Shown here: in pieces, positions 50,801-64,000 of the stretch
Layout of the letters: each line of letters opens with the position of its first letter
Position numbering within the stretch: the first letter of the stretch is position 1
Source of the DNA: Marsupella aquatica
Taxonomy: Eukaryota; Plantae; Marchantiophyta
NCBI GenBank assembly: GCA_973895155.1
Contig: OZ316894.1
Span: 19,782,351-19,846,350, forward strand
DNA: 64,000 nt
Direction of reading: 5' to 3'
The notes under the pieces: model-generated
What the model was told of the DNA's origin: nothing
What the model saw: the letters and a program-made list of their open reading frames with translations, nothing else
Database searches by the model: none
Position numbers and translations under genes: made by a program

Positions 50801-52400
50801 ATTTGTTTAGGAGATCATATTATAACCTGTATCTTCAATATTGTCAATTGAAGAATTATTTCAGCAACATTCTACCTTGTCATGGACTAGCTCCCCCAAC
50901 CCAGAATGTTTGCTTCCAATTCTCCCTTAACATATATCGTCAGTTTATCCAATACTCAGTATAGGAAGTAATCATAAGATCAGTGGAAACCCATGCCAAG
51001 CTTTGAGCATGTATTGTAATAAAGAGATATGAAATGTTGAACTGTTGGTAAGTTGGAATATTGAACATGTTTGGTAAATTGTGTGCGGATTAATGATAAT
51101 TGCTTTTTGATGAACAAATGCTATTGTATGTGATGTGCTGATAGGAGCATCTACCCTTAGTGATGACACCCAAAATCCAAATACCCAACATAAGGGCGGT
51201 GAGAGAGTGGTATCCTTGTTGATGAGCATGAAGAGATGGTGTTGATGCAAAATCTAAGACTCCAATTGACAAAAGAGCGAATTGCATTTTGTTGCGGTTG
51301 TCTGTGTGGCATGCTTGTGGTAATGTTTTGTGCATTCTTCCCTTATGCGCCCTTCTTCAAGAATCATGTTGGCATCCAATGTTACCACAATACTTTCATG
51401 CGGTGGATACTTCACCAATCATGCTGAGTAACCATTGTATTCAATTTGGAGAACCCGCAATATATATTGGATTAACTGCAATTCTTGAAGTGCTCTATTT
51501 AGGTCTTTCCCCTAAACTTTGTGATTTTGCAAATGATTGTGTTTACTAGCCTAGCTGACCAGATTGCTTTCACAAAATATGTTATTTCTAAATGCCTAAT
51601 TATATTTGGGTATGCCTTTCTTTGAGTGTTTGCTTTGATACCCTGGTTGCTTAGAGAGTAGGCCGGGGAGTAGACAGTCATGTGAGGGCAAACAGAGTTC
51701 ATAAACAGGGGAAAAAACAGTCAAAGTCAATTGAAATTTCCCTTTTACTATTTGGACATCTAAGTACTCATGTTCCTCACAAAAACAGGAGTCCAAAATT
51801 ACATGGGTAAAATTATTTGCAGGTAGCTGCTGGAGGGAGCAATATCTGTCATTATAGAAAGATACAGCAAAATATGTAGCAGTAGCTTTCAAAGTTTGCT
51901 TAGGCATGGTATGCACAAATCATGATCATGTCATAGTTGAAGGAGACCTATTGCAGTGCTCATTGAGAAACTGGTGTTGCAAACTACCATGAGGGCAATC
52001 TCTATTGTCAACAATCTGAGGCATTCTATTCCAGATCAATTTATCGGGGAAGGGGAGCAAAACTTTATTTTCAATACTTTGCTCATAGGGACAAATCAAA
52101 GTCAGAGAATATGCCAGCCTTTTGGTCAATCTTCATCTTAATAAGTAAAATAGTGGGTGAAGGAGCAAGCACTTGCCACTTTTGTGTTTCATATGATAAA
52201 TGAATAATGGACAGTTCAACTCCAGGGTCACGGGTGACTTCAAGCTCATAAATAGTCCTGGCAATAATGGTAGCACATGTCCATGTATGATTGCTTGCAG
52301 AAGGTTTCCTATTAACCACGTTCAATTTAATTATGAGGTCTTGCTAAATAGTGCCTTGTTACACCATAAGTTAGAACTATCATATAATGGACAAGTAACT
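47900..52400 (-). mobile_element. Decayed L1-type LINE retrotransposon (EN-RT-zf remnants)
   Basis: Minus-strand remnants in LINE order: endonuclease-like (LMVVCNT, FTHVILD, PSHDCLL), linker ILEEGRIREECTKHYHK, KFLIWG...LCRWGG (cf. FLW...PK..GGLG), and zf-RVT-like CPTPKPES...FFPWC...W. Many stops. Confidence 0.55.
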
Positions 52401-52745
52401 ATCCCAGAACCAGTCCCTAACGGGCATGGGGATCTAAAGTGTCTCCAGTGCATGACATATTTGTCATGAATGATTAGATTTTATTCCTAGATTAAAGTAC
52501 TCTTACCAAGAAGGAACAATAGCTGCTTCTGTTACCAATTGAGTTGGAGTAGGCACAATATGGCTGGAATAAAATTTAATGCATGTTGGTTATTGTACAT
52601 TATTACTTAATTTGCCACATAATGATCAACCCCGTGTTTGTTATTGGTTCAGATTAATGTCTTAACAAAAGAAACAAAGTTCAGATTAAGGTGAGGCATT
52701 AATTGAACCAATTCAAGCTCAAGCATCATCGTCCATTATAATACA

Positions 52746-53927
52746 ATGGATGTGAGCTCATACTCCTTACTCCAGACCAATAGCTCCAACAAAGTTGCCT
52801 TGTATGGCCACCAAGACAATTCTACTCATGGGTGTGCTTGGAACTACGGTCAGAACTCTCGCTCTCTTGGATTAGATGAGTATGATCCACAAATGGATGA
52901 ACACTTGTGGACCCAATTGCCAGAGGATTTGGTGGACAGAATATTGGCATGGTTGCCAGTAGCAAGCTACCTTCGACTAAGGACAGTGTGCAAGAAATGG
53001 AGCACCATTATTTACTTACCCAGCTTCTTAGAAGTGTGTGCAAGTGTGCCAACAGTAAACCCCTATTTCATTAAAGTCTCTAATTGTGAATACAGCCGTC
53101 TCTTGTCATGCTACAACCCCATGCTCAATAAGTGGCATAACATACCCATAAGCTTTCTGCCCCCCCATGTGGGATTTCCAGTGGCTTCTGCTGGAGGGTT
53201 GTTGTGCTTCATTAACAAGTTCCATGGCTATGTTGATGACTTTTGCTCCTTATTTGTGTGCAACCCCTTGAGCAAGAGTTGGAAAGAACTTCCATCCATG
53301 CCTTGTAAGCAAAGGCCAATTCTTGTGAGTATGGTCGCCGACAGGCAACCCTTCAAATATCAAGTGATTGTTGCCGGCCTGTTGACTACAGAGGTATACG
53401 ACTCCATGTCTAGCTCCTGGCATAGAGTTGGGTGTTTGCCTCGAGGAGAAGAGGTTTCTCGCAATATTGCATTCTGCAATGGCAACCTTTACTGCCTCAC
53501 ACCTCGATGGTACAATTGTACACTCCTTGCTTATAACCTTGAACAAGAGGTATGGGCAAAGATCAAGACTGGTCGGCTTCCTGGCTACTGCCAATTTCGC
53601 AACCTGGTAGGGTGCAGGGGGAGTATAGTCATTGTGGGCAAATCTGTGAGACATCAAGTGTTGTGTGTGTGTATATGGTTGCTCGAGCAAAAAACCATGA
53701 AATGGAGAGAAGTTGGTCGAATGCCGCAACGTATGTCAGATCACTTCTTAGGAAGGCCATCCGAGAGCTTCTATTGTACAGCATATGGAGACCTCATTTT
53801 CTTGACTCGAGATAATTGTGAGATGGGATTGTTATTTGACCTCTTACAAAAATCATGGCGTTGGGTGTCTGGTTGTCCCAACCTAGAGGGTTTTGCATTT
53901 GAGCCTAGACTAGACGCTGTTGTGTAA
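52746..53927 (+). CDS. F-box/kelch-repeat protein (UFO/HWS/FBX6-like), 393 aa, intronless CDS
   Basis: F-box LWTQLPEDLVDRILAWLPVASYLRLRTVCKKW; VASAGGLLCF; LFVCNPLSKSWKELP; C-terminal FAFEPRL. Confidence 0.93.
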   Translation: MDVSSYSLLQTNSSNKVALYGHQDNSTHGCAWNYGQNSRSLGLDEYDPQMDEHLWTQLPEDLVDRILAWLPVASYLRLRTVCKKWSTIIYLPSFLEVCASVPTVNPYFIKVSNCEYSRLLSCYNPMLNKWHNIPISFLPPHVGFPVASAGGLLCFINKFHGYVDDFCSLFVCNPLSKSWKELPSMPCKQRPILVSMVADRQPFKYQVIVAGLLTTEVYDSMSSSWHRVGCLPRGEEVSRNIAFCNGNLYCLTPRWYNCTLLAYNLEQEVWAKIKTGRLPGYCQFRNLVGCRGSIVIVGKSVRHQVLCVCIWLLEQKTMKWREVGRMPQRMSDHFLGRPSESFYCTAYGDLIFLTRDNCEMGLLFDLLQKSWRWVSGCPNLEGFAFEPRLDAVV

Positions 53928-55949
53928 TTATTTCAAATTCATCTATAAGCCATGCTCCTTACAATTTCCTTTGTTCAGGAGGAACAAGCTTTGATAGTGC
54001 AAGGATTGAGACGTGATATCTTCCTATTTGCTCCCTCTTCTACTGTCAATTTTTCATTCTTAATACTTCCCAAAATTGCTTTTGCAAAATTGGTTATGTA
54101 ATTTGTATATTGCTCCATACTGGAAGATGAAATTGTTGCCTAAACTATTCCTTCACTCCTGGCTTGGAAATGTTGAACTACCGTATGTACAAGTCCAAGA
54201 CCATAATTCTCCTAACTAATTGGTCATGATAAGAATTGGAATACACCAGGAAGTTAGCCAAAGGAGACTGTCTCAAGAAAAGACAACATAGAAATACTAT
54301 GAAGGATTCAATTGAACTAAGAAGTGCTTCCAAGGATCCTAGTAAGGTTAATTCTATTTTTGGACTGTATAAGGGTAACTCTTGCATACACCGACCAAAT
54401 ACCAGCCTAAATGCTGCAGGGGCGCAAGATTAGGTTTGGATAATTATTAGCTTGGCATTGCCAGGTTCTAGACACTGGCTAAATACTCCACAATCATGCA
54501 TATTTTCATTGAAACACCAATTCTTGTACACTCTCTTTCATTAGTTGGTGATAGAAGTGAGGTTAAACGTAGAGCCAACTGTAAGAGGGCTCAATGGAGG
54601 TTTAGTAAGGAAAAATTCAAAGAAGGGTTCTTCACGGCTGTAGAACCATTAAATTGAAACATATGTAATTAATTTGGCTCCATACGTCAATATTGTGTTA
54701 AGACGTTCAGAGCCCAGTTCTGAGCTTTAGACTTTGCTAGCTCTTTTATTTCCATGTGCCCCAACCCCATACTAACTAGGATATTTCATAACTCCAAAAT
54801 TGTCATATTAAGAGCCTATAGGCGGTGTCAATTGGTTTACTTACGTGGTAATTCAGTGATAAAGATAAGTTTTGTAAATTAGGAAGGCCCTAGACAAGTC
54901 GCACTTCCCTCTTTGTAATTGTACTCACTCTAGTGCTTTTGAAAATCATATTCATTGTCCATAATTCTCCCCTCTATTCTGTATATTACTGATAAAAGAG
55001 CTGAGTCAAGTAATCCAATGGGGGAGGTCTGTCTGTCTGTCTGTCTGATTCCATGGCTTCATATCTGCCTGAGATGGGGAGGTCATATTCTGACCTAAGC
55101 TATTCCTGTGCAATGCTCTGAGGTTAGTTGTACTTACATTCTAATGTGAGACTTGGTGAGACTGAAATAACCAAGGCGGCTGTTATGGCAGGGGTCACTT
55201 GTATAATTTTGTCACCACTGACAAATTATTAGAAGTAAAATTTTCCTATATGAGTGTTGTGAACACGTACCCCTATCCAAGGCTACCTTTTGTAGTTTCC
55301 TCTCCCCATCATCTGTTTTAGACTGCCTTAAGTACAAGGTTAGGGTCAAGGTGGATATATGAAATCAGCAGAATGATAGCAGGGCAAATAGAGGTGGTAA
55401 CTACGCAGCACAACTAGCGATTAGATAGGGAGCTCCCTAAGAAGACAAAGTATGTTAGGGTTGGCAAGTCAGCAAAATGTGTACCAAGCTCTCCTAAATT
55501 ACCTAAAAGTGAGCAAACTCCCTAAGTGGTTGGTGCAGATTTCATTTAAAACTGAGGAAAAAGGGGTCTGCAGCTAAGCCTCTTGCAAAGCTCCCTTGAT
55601 GCTCCATCAAACAATAATACTAAATTGTGTGTAGTACAGAACACCCACACCACATTAAATAAAACATCCTCGCCATAAAATATTTTACTTCCAGTTTTGA
55701 TGCTCTTTTTTACTGCCACAACATCACATCTTCTCCCAGAATAGTTCCTTTACATTTAGGCAAGTCACCAACCCATCCACTGGACAGATGTCCCAAACAT
55801 GGTCAACCTGCTGTCGTAACAAATTGTGTGATGTCTAATATATGCATCTCCCAAACGAAACCTCGCCCTCTAAAGAGTTAATTAATTAATATTTTTCCAG
55901 CCCAGTCTCGGAGACAAGATCCTTGAGAAATCCCAAAGAGAGGAGGCCC

Positions 55950-58870
55950 AACAAAGGTTTGAAGTCCCCTACCTGCTGGTTCCTAACCACGAGACTGGAC
56001 AAGAGGGTAGACCCCAAGACATGATCTTACTGAAGTCGTTCTCTATTCCTTCCGACATTTATACCATTTTCTAGTCTTCACACAATCCTCCTATTCTCGT
56101 GAGTTGATGATGAACAGAGGAGGATCCTGATTTAGCTGAGTCCAGTCCGTGGGAATTGCTCACTGGAGTGAGTGTACAGGTTGTCTGCATTCGTGACAGT
56201 GGACTGTGCATTGAGCCTTATTTGATTGGGTTTTTCTTCCCGGCCTCTTGTGGGTTACATCAGGAAGCGGGATTGGCGTATGGTAAACTCGATGGAGCTC
56301 GTATTCGTATCACAAGGGTAATGATAACTGTGAGTACATACACATTCAACCTCGTGGCGCTTGATGACTCTGTAGCTATGGATTTGCCTTCTCTTCTATC
56401 TTTCTCTTTGGAAAAATATGCTGTGAAATCTCGTCTTAGTGCAAGTCACCTCTTGGTAGAGCTCGCCTTTAAAATGCTTGTAATGTTATCTGGAATAAGG
56501 CAATGAAGTGCGTATTTTCATCGTAAAAGAGAGGCAAATTCAAAAGCCAATATTCGATTTTCTGATTTCTCGAGGTACTCCAGTAGTGACAACTGCTCGT
56601 TTTTTTTGCAGTGGAGTTCTTTCGATGCTTGGGAGCGCTGCGATAAAAGAAGCAGGTGGACCAAACGATAATCCTATTCAAGGTAAACCTGACCAATATC
56701 TTAGTATTTTCTTACACTCCTGCAGGTATAGCAATTATTTGCAGACAAACTTCCGACGAACTTTGCCCTCTTCTTCACACACAGACGAATAGAGAACGCA
56801 ATAATTCTGCACCCCAAAATGAGTCACTCAAATCTTTTGGTAATATTGATTTCACCTCGCAGCAAGTTGATATGCTCGAAAGTGTTACTGATAGTAGTGA
56901 GACAACAGGTTTAGAAGTAGGTATTCCTTTAACATACATGTCAAGAAGCGTTGATAATTATCTATTTCGTCTCCTTATTTGCCCAATTTGTTTCAAACTG
57001 TACTCAAAGCGACCATCTGACTCTGGCATTCAATTAGAAAGTTTCGCCTTTTGAAAAATCTTGTGCATTTCATAGAACTCTGTAAGGATGCCTACTGTCG
57101 TGTGTGCAAAAGTACACAGATCTGAATCATCGAGGGAGAAAATTCACACTAGCAAAAGCCACAAATGTCTGCATCGCTGCCTCGAATTGATGAAACAGAT
57201 GGACGAGATAATTGTTTTTGGCCTTCAATCTCTTGAAAGTTTAATGTTGGCATCGCCACATCTGCGCGTAAGATTCCAGGGCTATTCCTTGGTGGTATGT
57301 ATATCTGAATCTTTTCAGGCTTGGTATGGACGTCGTAACATTTGTGTACACACATTGTTCGAAAATTGGTCACAAGATTTCCTTTACTTTTGTATTGTGC
57401 CAAATGATGCCACATTAAAATTATGCTCGTGTTTTCAGTGCAGCCGGAGCTTCTGTTTCTTCTTACTGTGCTCTTCGTAATTGCCATCGTAGGGTAGAAA
57501 TGGCCAAGCCAGACAAACCAACGAACTGTGAGTATGACCCGAACTTTCCAGGCTCGGGTTATAAGCCATAATGGATCTGACGTCAGTGATCAAACTGTCA
57601 TAAGCGGGATCCCAGCGGGATCCCAGCAGCAAGTGATCTGCAGTAGCAAGCTGCCTTACGGTTAAAATAGCACTTATACTTCGCTAGTAAGAGCAATTTC
57701 AAGACCTCTTCAGCAGTAACATTTTCCAGGTTGTCGGGTAGCTTAAAGTAGACTTGTCAATTAAGAGTGCCGTATATGTCCCGAGTCCTTCGGGTTGAAG
57801 GATACGCGTGGGAACTGACGTGATCGGCAGAACCTCATCGAGCATGTAATTTAATGTCCTGCTGATGTAGAACTCTGTTCGTGTGTAGCTGAATTTCGTA
57901 TCTGCTAGTAAAGGAAATTGTACGAAAATGCTATATTTGACTCCTAGAACCAGTGACAGTTTGACCTGATTGTATTTGTTATACTATCTGTATTCTTTCA
58001 CCTTCATAGCTCTCCATGCGCTTTGGTGGAAAGAATTTACCCAACAGGGCTTCTCTCTACGTCAGAGATCCATTGCATAAGTACAAAGTGGAGGTAATTC
58101 AATGGCTGTTGTATACTACTAGATGCAGATTTGCAGATGCTATGTCCAGGACGTCGGGATGCAGCCTCTGCACTTATCTCGGACGATGTGTTCGTTTCAG
58201 TGGAGCGTGAGTCTGTCTCAAATGCGATGGAGTTTCTTTCGGATGGTTTAGGAGCCACCGTAGTTGTCATCCAGATTACCAGCTACGTCAAAGTTTCAAA
58301 GGACACGCTATTAAGACAGTGGTCCTCAGAGCTTCCTCCTCCTCCTTCGTTGGCAATGGCTATTCGCAATTGGATCCTGATGCTTCCGGCAGACAGAGAC
58401 CATGCAGCCAAGCTGTCAATTGCACACCTATGTGTGTCTTGGCCTATAAATGCTCACTCGCTCGCTCGTTACTGATGAAAGCGCAACCCTGTGTCTTGAA
58501 GAATGCGTTCTAAACAGTCTTTGTTCATTCTTTACGGTTCCCTGCTACATACATTCCTGACAAGTCTTTTACAGCGTTTTTATTCACACTTTGGAGCACA
58601 CGGACTGTTTCTTTTAGAACCCAAAAGTTGGCTCAGCTTCATATGTTACTTCCACCACAAGTCTTCCGGATCTGGAAGGAAGATTTCATCGAGAAAGACT
58701 GGCAAGGAAACACAATTAACGACGATACATTTCAAATGACCACAGTCAATGCGTTTCTCGCAAACTTGCTCTTCCTTGAACAAAACAGGACTAGATTGAA
58801 AGAGCAGGGGATGCTCAATGGAGCACCAAAGCATTTTCTGAGATTCTATTTTCAGATCCGATCTTAGCGT
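55950..58870 (+). mobile_element. Decayed L1-type LINE retrotransposon
   Basis: Motif remnants in order: KLDGARI and LSASHLLV (endonuclease), VDNYLFRLLICPICFKLYSKR (cf. NYRPISL...YK), KDAYCRV, VRFQGYSL, VPNDATL (cf. FADD), IAHL and IWKE near the 3' end. Confidence 0.55.
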
Positions 58871-60237
58871 TTTGAATTTTGAAGCCGACTCGAAAACGAA
58901 ATTGCTCAAAGATTGGGCTGTATCTCCAAAACACTAGATACACACTTCATCACGGAGTAGAAAGATCCCAGTAAACACAATGATTGTTTCAATTTATTCC
59001 AAAAATTAAAATATAAGTTTCCCTCTTTTTAGCTTGTTCTTTGATTTATCCCTATAGAAAGTATTTCCTTGGCCCCAACTGGACCCTGAACTGTTGCTAG
59101 TCCATACTAATTCAGTCAAATGTTTCTGTCCCTTCCGCAAAGGTGTAACAGCTGTGCGAGTGTTGAGGTACATCTAGTTATTCCATTGTGACGTGAACCA
59201 TCGAGGGGAGAATCCCAGAATTCGTGATGATGCGCTCATTCAATTCCAAGAAAATGATAATTCCAGCTAACTGTGAATCCTGGACTATTGATGTTGGCCA
59301 GATTAATTCCTAGTGTGGACAACCATTCAATTTTACTATCCGTTCACTTTATTGCGCGACCGTAATCAGTGTTGGAAAACTTTTGTGGGTATCTTTTCTT
59401 AGCGTAGATCTTATGCACAACGGAAACGTCAAAATTGATAATCGCGATTTGTCTTCACTGCTGTGGACAGTTTGTTGGTCACATTCTTTTTGTAAGCCGC
59501 ATCCTTGTTCATTGAGTAGCGTCAATGACGAGGTGGAATGTCCGAGTCCGGGCAGCAAGTTAAAGTCTCGCAATGTGAACTCCACTCCCAGCCACAGACC
59601 CATGACAATACACTTTACGCTCAACCTGAGACAGCAATTCTGCACATCCCATACATGAACAGGTCCCGCACAGGGTACCACACCTAGAGCTGCCAATCAA
59701 ATCATTGAAATGACATCGCGACCCACCATTCCAAGCCCAGAACATCCTTATTAAATTCCAAAATCGCAGTCGTGGTGAGGATTGAGCATCTCCGAGGAAC
59801 GGGTTGAAATCCAAGAAAAACCCAATCGCAGGGCCTTTTGGACTCCCATGTCCCAGTAGCAAATATTGAGTTGCTATCCTCACTTAGTATTCACAACATG
59901 CAACAGACATTGCTGAATCGCAGTCAAGACAACAAAGGAAGGTCCAAATGGTTCGATTTTTAAATTGCCAATTCGAACCACAGAGAAGGCACATAATTAT
60001 GTGCGCCGAATTGTTGACATAAGTTATACAATTTGGCTTGCTACTAAGCCAAAGCCAGTCGGCAGTTCGTGAATGAATTTCTCTTCAGAGCATGAGTGTG
60101 CATCACTTCCTCACAGCTTCGTCCCCACATCGAGTGGAGAAGAGAACTGGTGACTCTAAACCGATCTTCAGAGCTCGCAAAACTCCTATAGTACATGACT
60201 AGCAGTGCAGTTAACTAGTTACAAATTTTACAGTGAT

Positions 60238-62793
60238 TTAAGCCTTAGCTGATTCCAACTTCAACGCCTCTCTTGCCACAATTTTCTCAAACACCTCCCT
60301 AATTTTGAGGCCTACGATGGTTTGGAACAATCCTGTTCCGTTGTTGCTACCGGGGAAGTCAGCGTGTTTCAACATCTGTTGGGTGATCTCTCCGTAGAAC
60401 TTGGTCGAAATGTTGCTCAAATGACTCTCCACATAAATAAGCTCATCCAGTCTGTCGAATTGACCGTCCATTTCCAGAACGGAAACCTGTGCAAATTGAA
60501 TGCATATGGTATCAATAACTACAAAAATCTAACGACTGACGACAGTACTTAAATTCCCATTCATCACAAATACAGCCAGGAACCTAAGACCAGGGCCTTT
60601 GCAAAATTCCCCCCATCAAAATGTACCTCATGTCCGTAGTACGTGTCTGGGCCGTAGGTAAACGTGATCCCGGGGTACGAGCAGGTCAACTTTCTGCCGC
60701 AAGGGATCCAGGTAATGGTGGAGCCTTCATCGAACAGATGGACCGGCTCAAAGTCGGACACTCCCTCCTTCATGATCATCTTGACCCTCAAGATCTTGCC
60801 CTCGTTGTCATCGGGAATGAGCTGGGTGGGCAGCACTTGGATTACAATATCAGCGTGCTGCTTCTGGGGATCTGCGAGCCCAAATTGTTTTAAGGTCAGC
60901 AGATGAGCACATCCTTATGTCCAGGGAAACAATCGAGTGTCTGTGAAGAGGTTGGAAACAGAGTTAATCAGACAAGTGGTACGGGAAGACATTACCAATA
61001 AAAGCATCGAAGTCTGGCTTGCGAGCAGCAATGCTAGCCTTAATGCTCTCCAAACTGTGTCCTCGCTCAGCCATGTCCCGCTGTCAAATACACAACAGAC
61101 ACAGGCCACTATTCACAATACTGATAGAAGTGAACTACTTACGCCTACATCATACAGTAGCGACAGGAAATCTAACATGCAAGGGATCAGGATACGACTT
61201 CTCGGACAAGGGCTGCCACGACACTGAGAAAACATGCTGCCAGAAATTCGCCTTCTAAAACGAGCACCGACACTGGTCCAATGGACCGAACCAATGCAGA
61301 CTCTTCTTTACTAGAAAAATACGGCGCATAGAGAACCCACATAAACAGCACGGACAGAAACAGAGAGAATTACCTGAATCTTCCATGCAAACTTGACATC
61401 GTCACTGATGTCTAGGTAGATGCTGAAGTCCAGGAGGTCCCTCACCCGCTCATCATACCTAGCACAACGTCAAATTGGAGCCAAGAGGATGATAAGAATT
61501 TCACATTTCTAAATTTGCGGGCGGCCTAGACTTCCGGCGAACTCCGCTATACAAGCCACGCACATGTACTCTGGCAACATCACAACACACACTGAATAAT
61601 TGTCACGTCTCACCACAGTGAATGCATATTTTGTCCCAAGTAACAACACCGGGACCTAAATTACACTTCTTGAAAATTCATTATCATTAATTCGCTTATT
61701 GGTAGGTGTAATTAGTAATATGTCCATAGTAATGATTTCACTTATCGAGGTATTCGAGTGAGAAGCATCACCATCATGAATTCCCGACTAGACATGTCTC
61801 GTCCCACGATTCTGATTTACTCGATAAGTGCAAGACGAAAACCAAAGGGTAGAGTTGGGAATAATTCTCTCTTGGAGGCAGAGGACGTGTATAATTCAAA
61901 CAGAAATTGAAATCCAAAGTTTCAGCTGGACTCTAAACACTGACATAACTCCATACTACCTCGGATTACAAGATGAGGAGGGAGGGTGCATCTTCGGCTG
62001 AAATCTACAGCTGCAGACCAGTTGTTGGGTCCAAGAGATCGTTAATCCATTTTCGACAAGCAACCAGGAACGTCGTGGCGTCGGCCAGCCTTCTGCGTGG
62101 CTTCATATCTACCTCAGATGCGGTCATGGCGCCAGTATTCAGCCCACCTCTCCCGCCTAATAGTGATGTTCCCGAGTGAATTAACCAGGAGGGAGGACGA
62201 AACAGCAAGGTAAGTGAGAAGACTCACATGGGATGCAGTCCTTCGATCACGAAAATCTTGGGTGCAGCAATAGTTTCCGCAGGGTCGAGGAGTCCAGTGA
62301 CATGGTTGTAGATGGGCTTCTCAATAGACTTTCCCTCCTTGATAGCCTTCACTTGCTCGTACATGAGATCGAAATTGTTGGCGCGCGGGTCCAAAGCTGT
62401 AACGGCCTTCTCCTTCCTGCCATACCTGTCCAGTGAATGATAATCATCCAAGCAGATGACAGTAGTGGTATCACTAATGAGGGTGTTGGAATCGGGGTTT
62501 CCGCCCCTCGGAGGGCTCGCAGCTCCGCCAAACACACTCGTCAACCGTCTCATGAAGGTACTCTTGCCACATCCTGAATCGGCAGCCAGTCCAATGATCA
62601 CAGGCCTGACGTCTGGGCCAGCCTTGCACAGCACAACAGCCCTGTGCCCGCGCCTCTTGCTCCCATGGCTGGGCTGAAAATTGAAAGCCCGCACGTCAGT
62701 GTCCAAGCTCAAGGAGCTCGAGATCCCTGTTCCGTGGAAAGCCGATGATAAACTCATCCCACACTTGCTGGAAACTGCAAAGCTAGTCGCCAT
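60238..62793 (-). CDS. PRK: Phosphoribulokinase, chloroplast (~409 aa, 5 exons)
   Basis: Exons 62793-62228, 61458-61374, 61080-60996, 60871-60627, 60486-60238 (1230 nt, frame intact). Transit peptide, IIGLAADSGCGKSTFMRR P-loop, ICLDDYHSLDR, RDMAERGH, FPGSNNGTGLFQTIVGLKIR. Confidence 0.98.
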
Positions 62794-64000
62794 GTCGACA
62801 AATTAAATGAATCCTTCGACTCGTTTGACAGAGGAGGGTCGTCCTCACAGCTCTATCCCAAATCTCTTCTCGTCAAATCATGCTCCGTCCCTGTAATATT
62901 GTGGTGGGAACAGCTATATCGAGCTGAGCTGATGAGTTGAGCCGAGTCGAGCCGAGCTGAGCTGCAGCGACTGCTTCTTCGTCTCGGGAAGTCCTCGTCT
63001 ATGGCGAAGGGGAGGGAGGGAGGCAGGGAAAGAAGGAATCGATGACAAACGATGGGTGGACACTTTCTTCAGGCAAAAGAGGGATGTAAGTGCGTCATGT
63101 TTTGTTTTTTTCCAGGAAAGTTGATTTTAATGAAAGGCAAAAAAATCAGGAAGAAAGTGGGGCAGCTTGAAGACGGGCAGATGAACCCAAGAATGTGGGA
63201 GGAGATTTCGAAGGCTGTGAGTTCCCCAAGACGGCCCCACAAGCATGGTAAGTTCTAAGGATTTTTTAAAGTCTGAGATTTACAAGGCTGCCAATTTGGG
63301 GGGGGGGGTCCAAATTGGCTTAGTAAGTACCACTCGGTGTCCCATAACCTCGGACTCCTGGCTATGCCCATCCCTACTACTCTCAATATCAAATGTCCTC
63401 TTATCAGATAAATTATGGTCCACTAGTGCAAGGCCTGTGCATTTCCCAATGCTGTTATGGTCATGTTGGTGTTTGTGGAGCAATTTTTGTGCATTGCATA
63501 AAAATGTTGAGGTGAGACCAAAAAAACTGTGTTGTAGTTCTCATAGTGTCATCTATTGAGTCTTGTTGTGGCTAGAGAAGTGTTGTCCTTTTGTTTGAGA
63601 GGTTCTTGTTGCAAAAATGATTGCAAAAATGATGTTGTTGGGGAGCCCCAACATGCAATGTATGTACTCTCTGTCTTTTTTTAGGGACCCCGATGAGAGG
63701 TCCCTTCCAAAATTCCTGGCAGCAGAGCATGCCACTTCAACAACAAACAAGATTTATTAGTGTTGTGAATTAAACTTATAATTTTCATTCGTGTTTGCAT
63801 CAATTTGGGTGTAAATTTTGGGACACCATACCGTAAAAAGAAATGTAAAAATTTGAAAATGCAAAGAGCAAGATGGGCAAAACTGTCATTATATAACCCT
63901 TTTAGTTATGTATTCAATTTTAAAAATTAAATTCAAAGAGTAACTGGCACATGGAGTAAGATTTCCAGCATTTTGCAATTACGGCAAACTGTCAGCTATG

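Noticed and set aside
53700-53730. miR394 target site as in LCR/FBX6
   Set aside because: The EVGRMP codons (agaagttggtcgaatgccgc) have too many mismatches to GGAGGTTGACAGAATGCCAA.
3466-62793. Biosynthetic gene cluster (CCD, lipase, F-box, PRK)
   Set aside because: The genes are far apart and separated by TEs. The hydrolase is an acid lipase rather than D14/KAI2, and the F-box is kelch-type rather than MAX2, so a strigolactone module is not supported.

Overview
Eukaryotic nuclear DNA from a land plant, most likely a bryophyte. The moss-style PLS-DYW PPR argues against complex-thalloid Marchantia-type liverworts, which lack RNA editing; the taxon is inference. Hand-spliced genes: a 15-exon CCD1-like carotenoid cleavage dioxygenase with a putative plastid transit peptide (-, 3466-9838), an orphan coiled-coil gene (-, 18104-20375), a secreted acid lipase (+, 25671-28581), a PLS-DYW PPR editing factor (+, ends 45781), an F-box/kelch gene (+, 52746-53927) and phosphoribulokinase (-, 60238-62793). 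Between them lie decayed LINEs, Harbinger/Tourist-like MITEs, a Gypsy-like remnant with a twice-stopped antisense ORF, a tRNA-derived sequence and many tandem duplications. The most striking observation is directly upstream of the DYW-PPR: a mitochondrial HSP60 gene apparently collapsed to its first and last exons. Its first exon can splice in frame either to the HSP60 last exon (53-aa peptide) or to the ATG-less 5' end of the PPR ORF. This suggests the editing factor borrowed a chaperonin promoter, start codon and presequence start. All splice models come from GT-AG sites and frame consistency and are not confirmed by transcripts.
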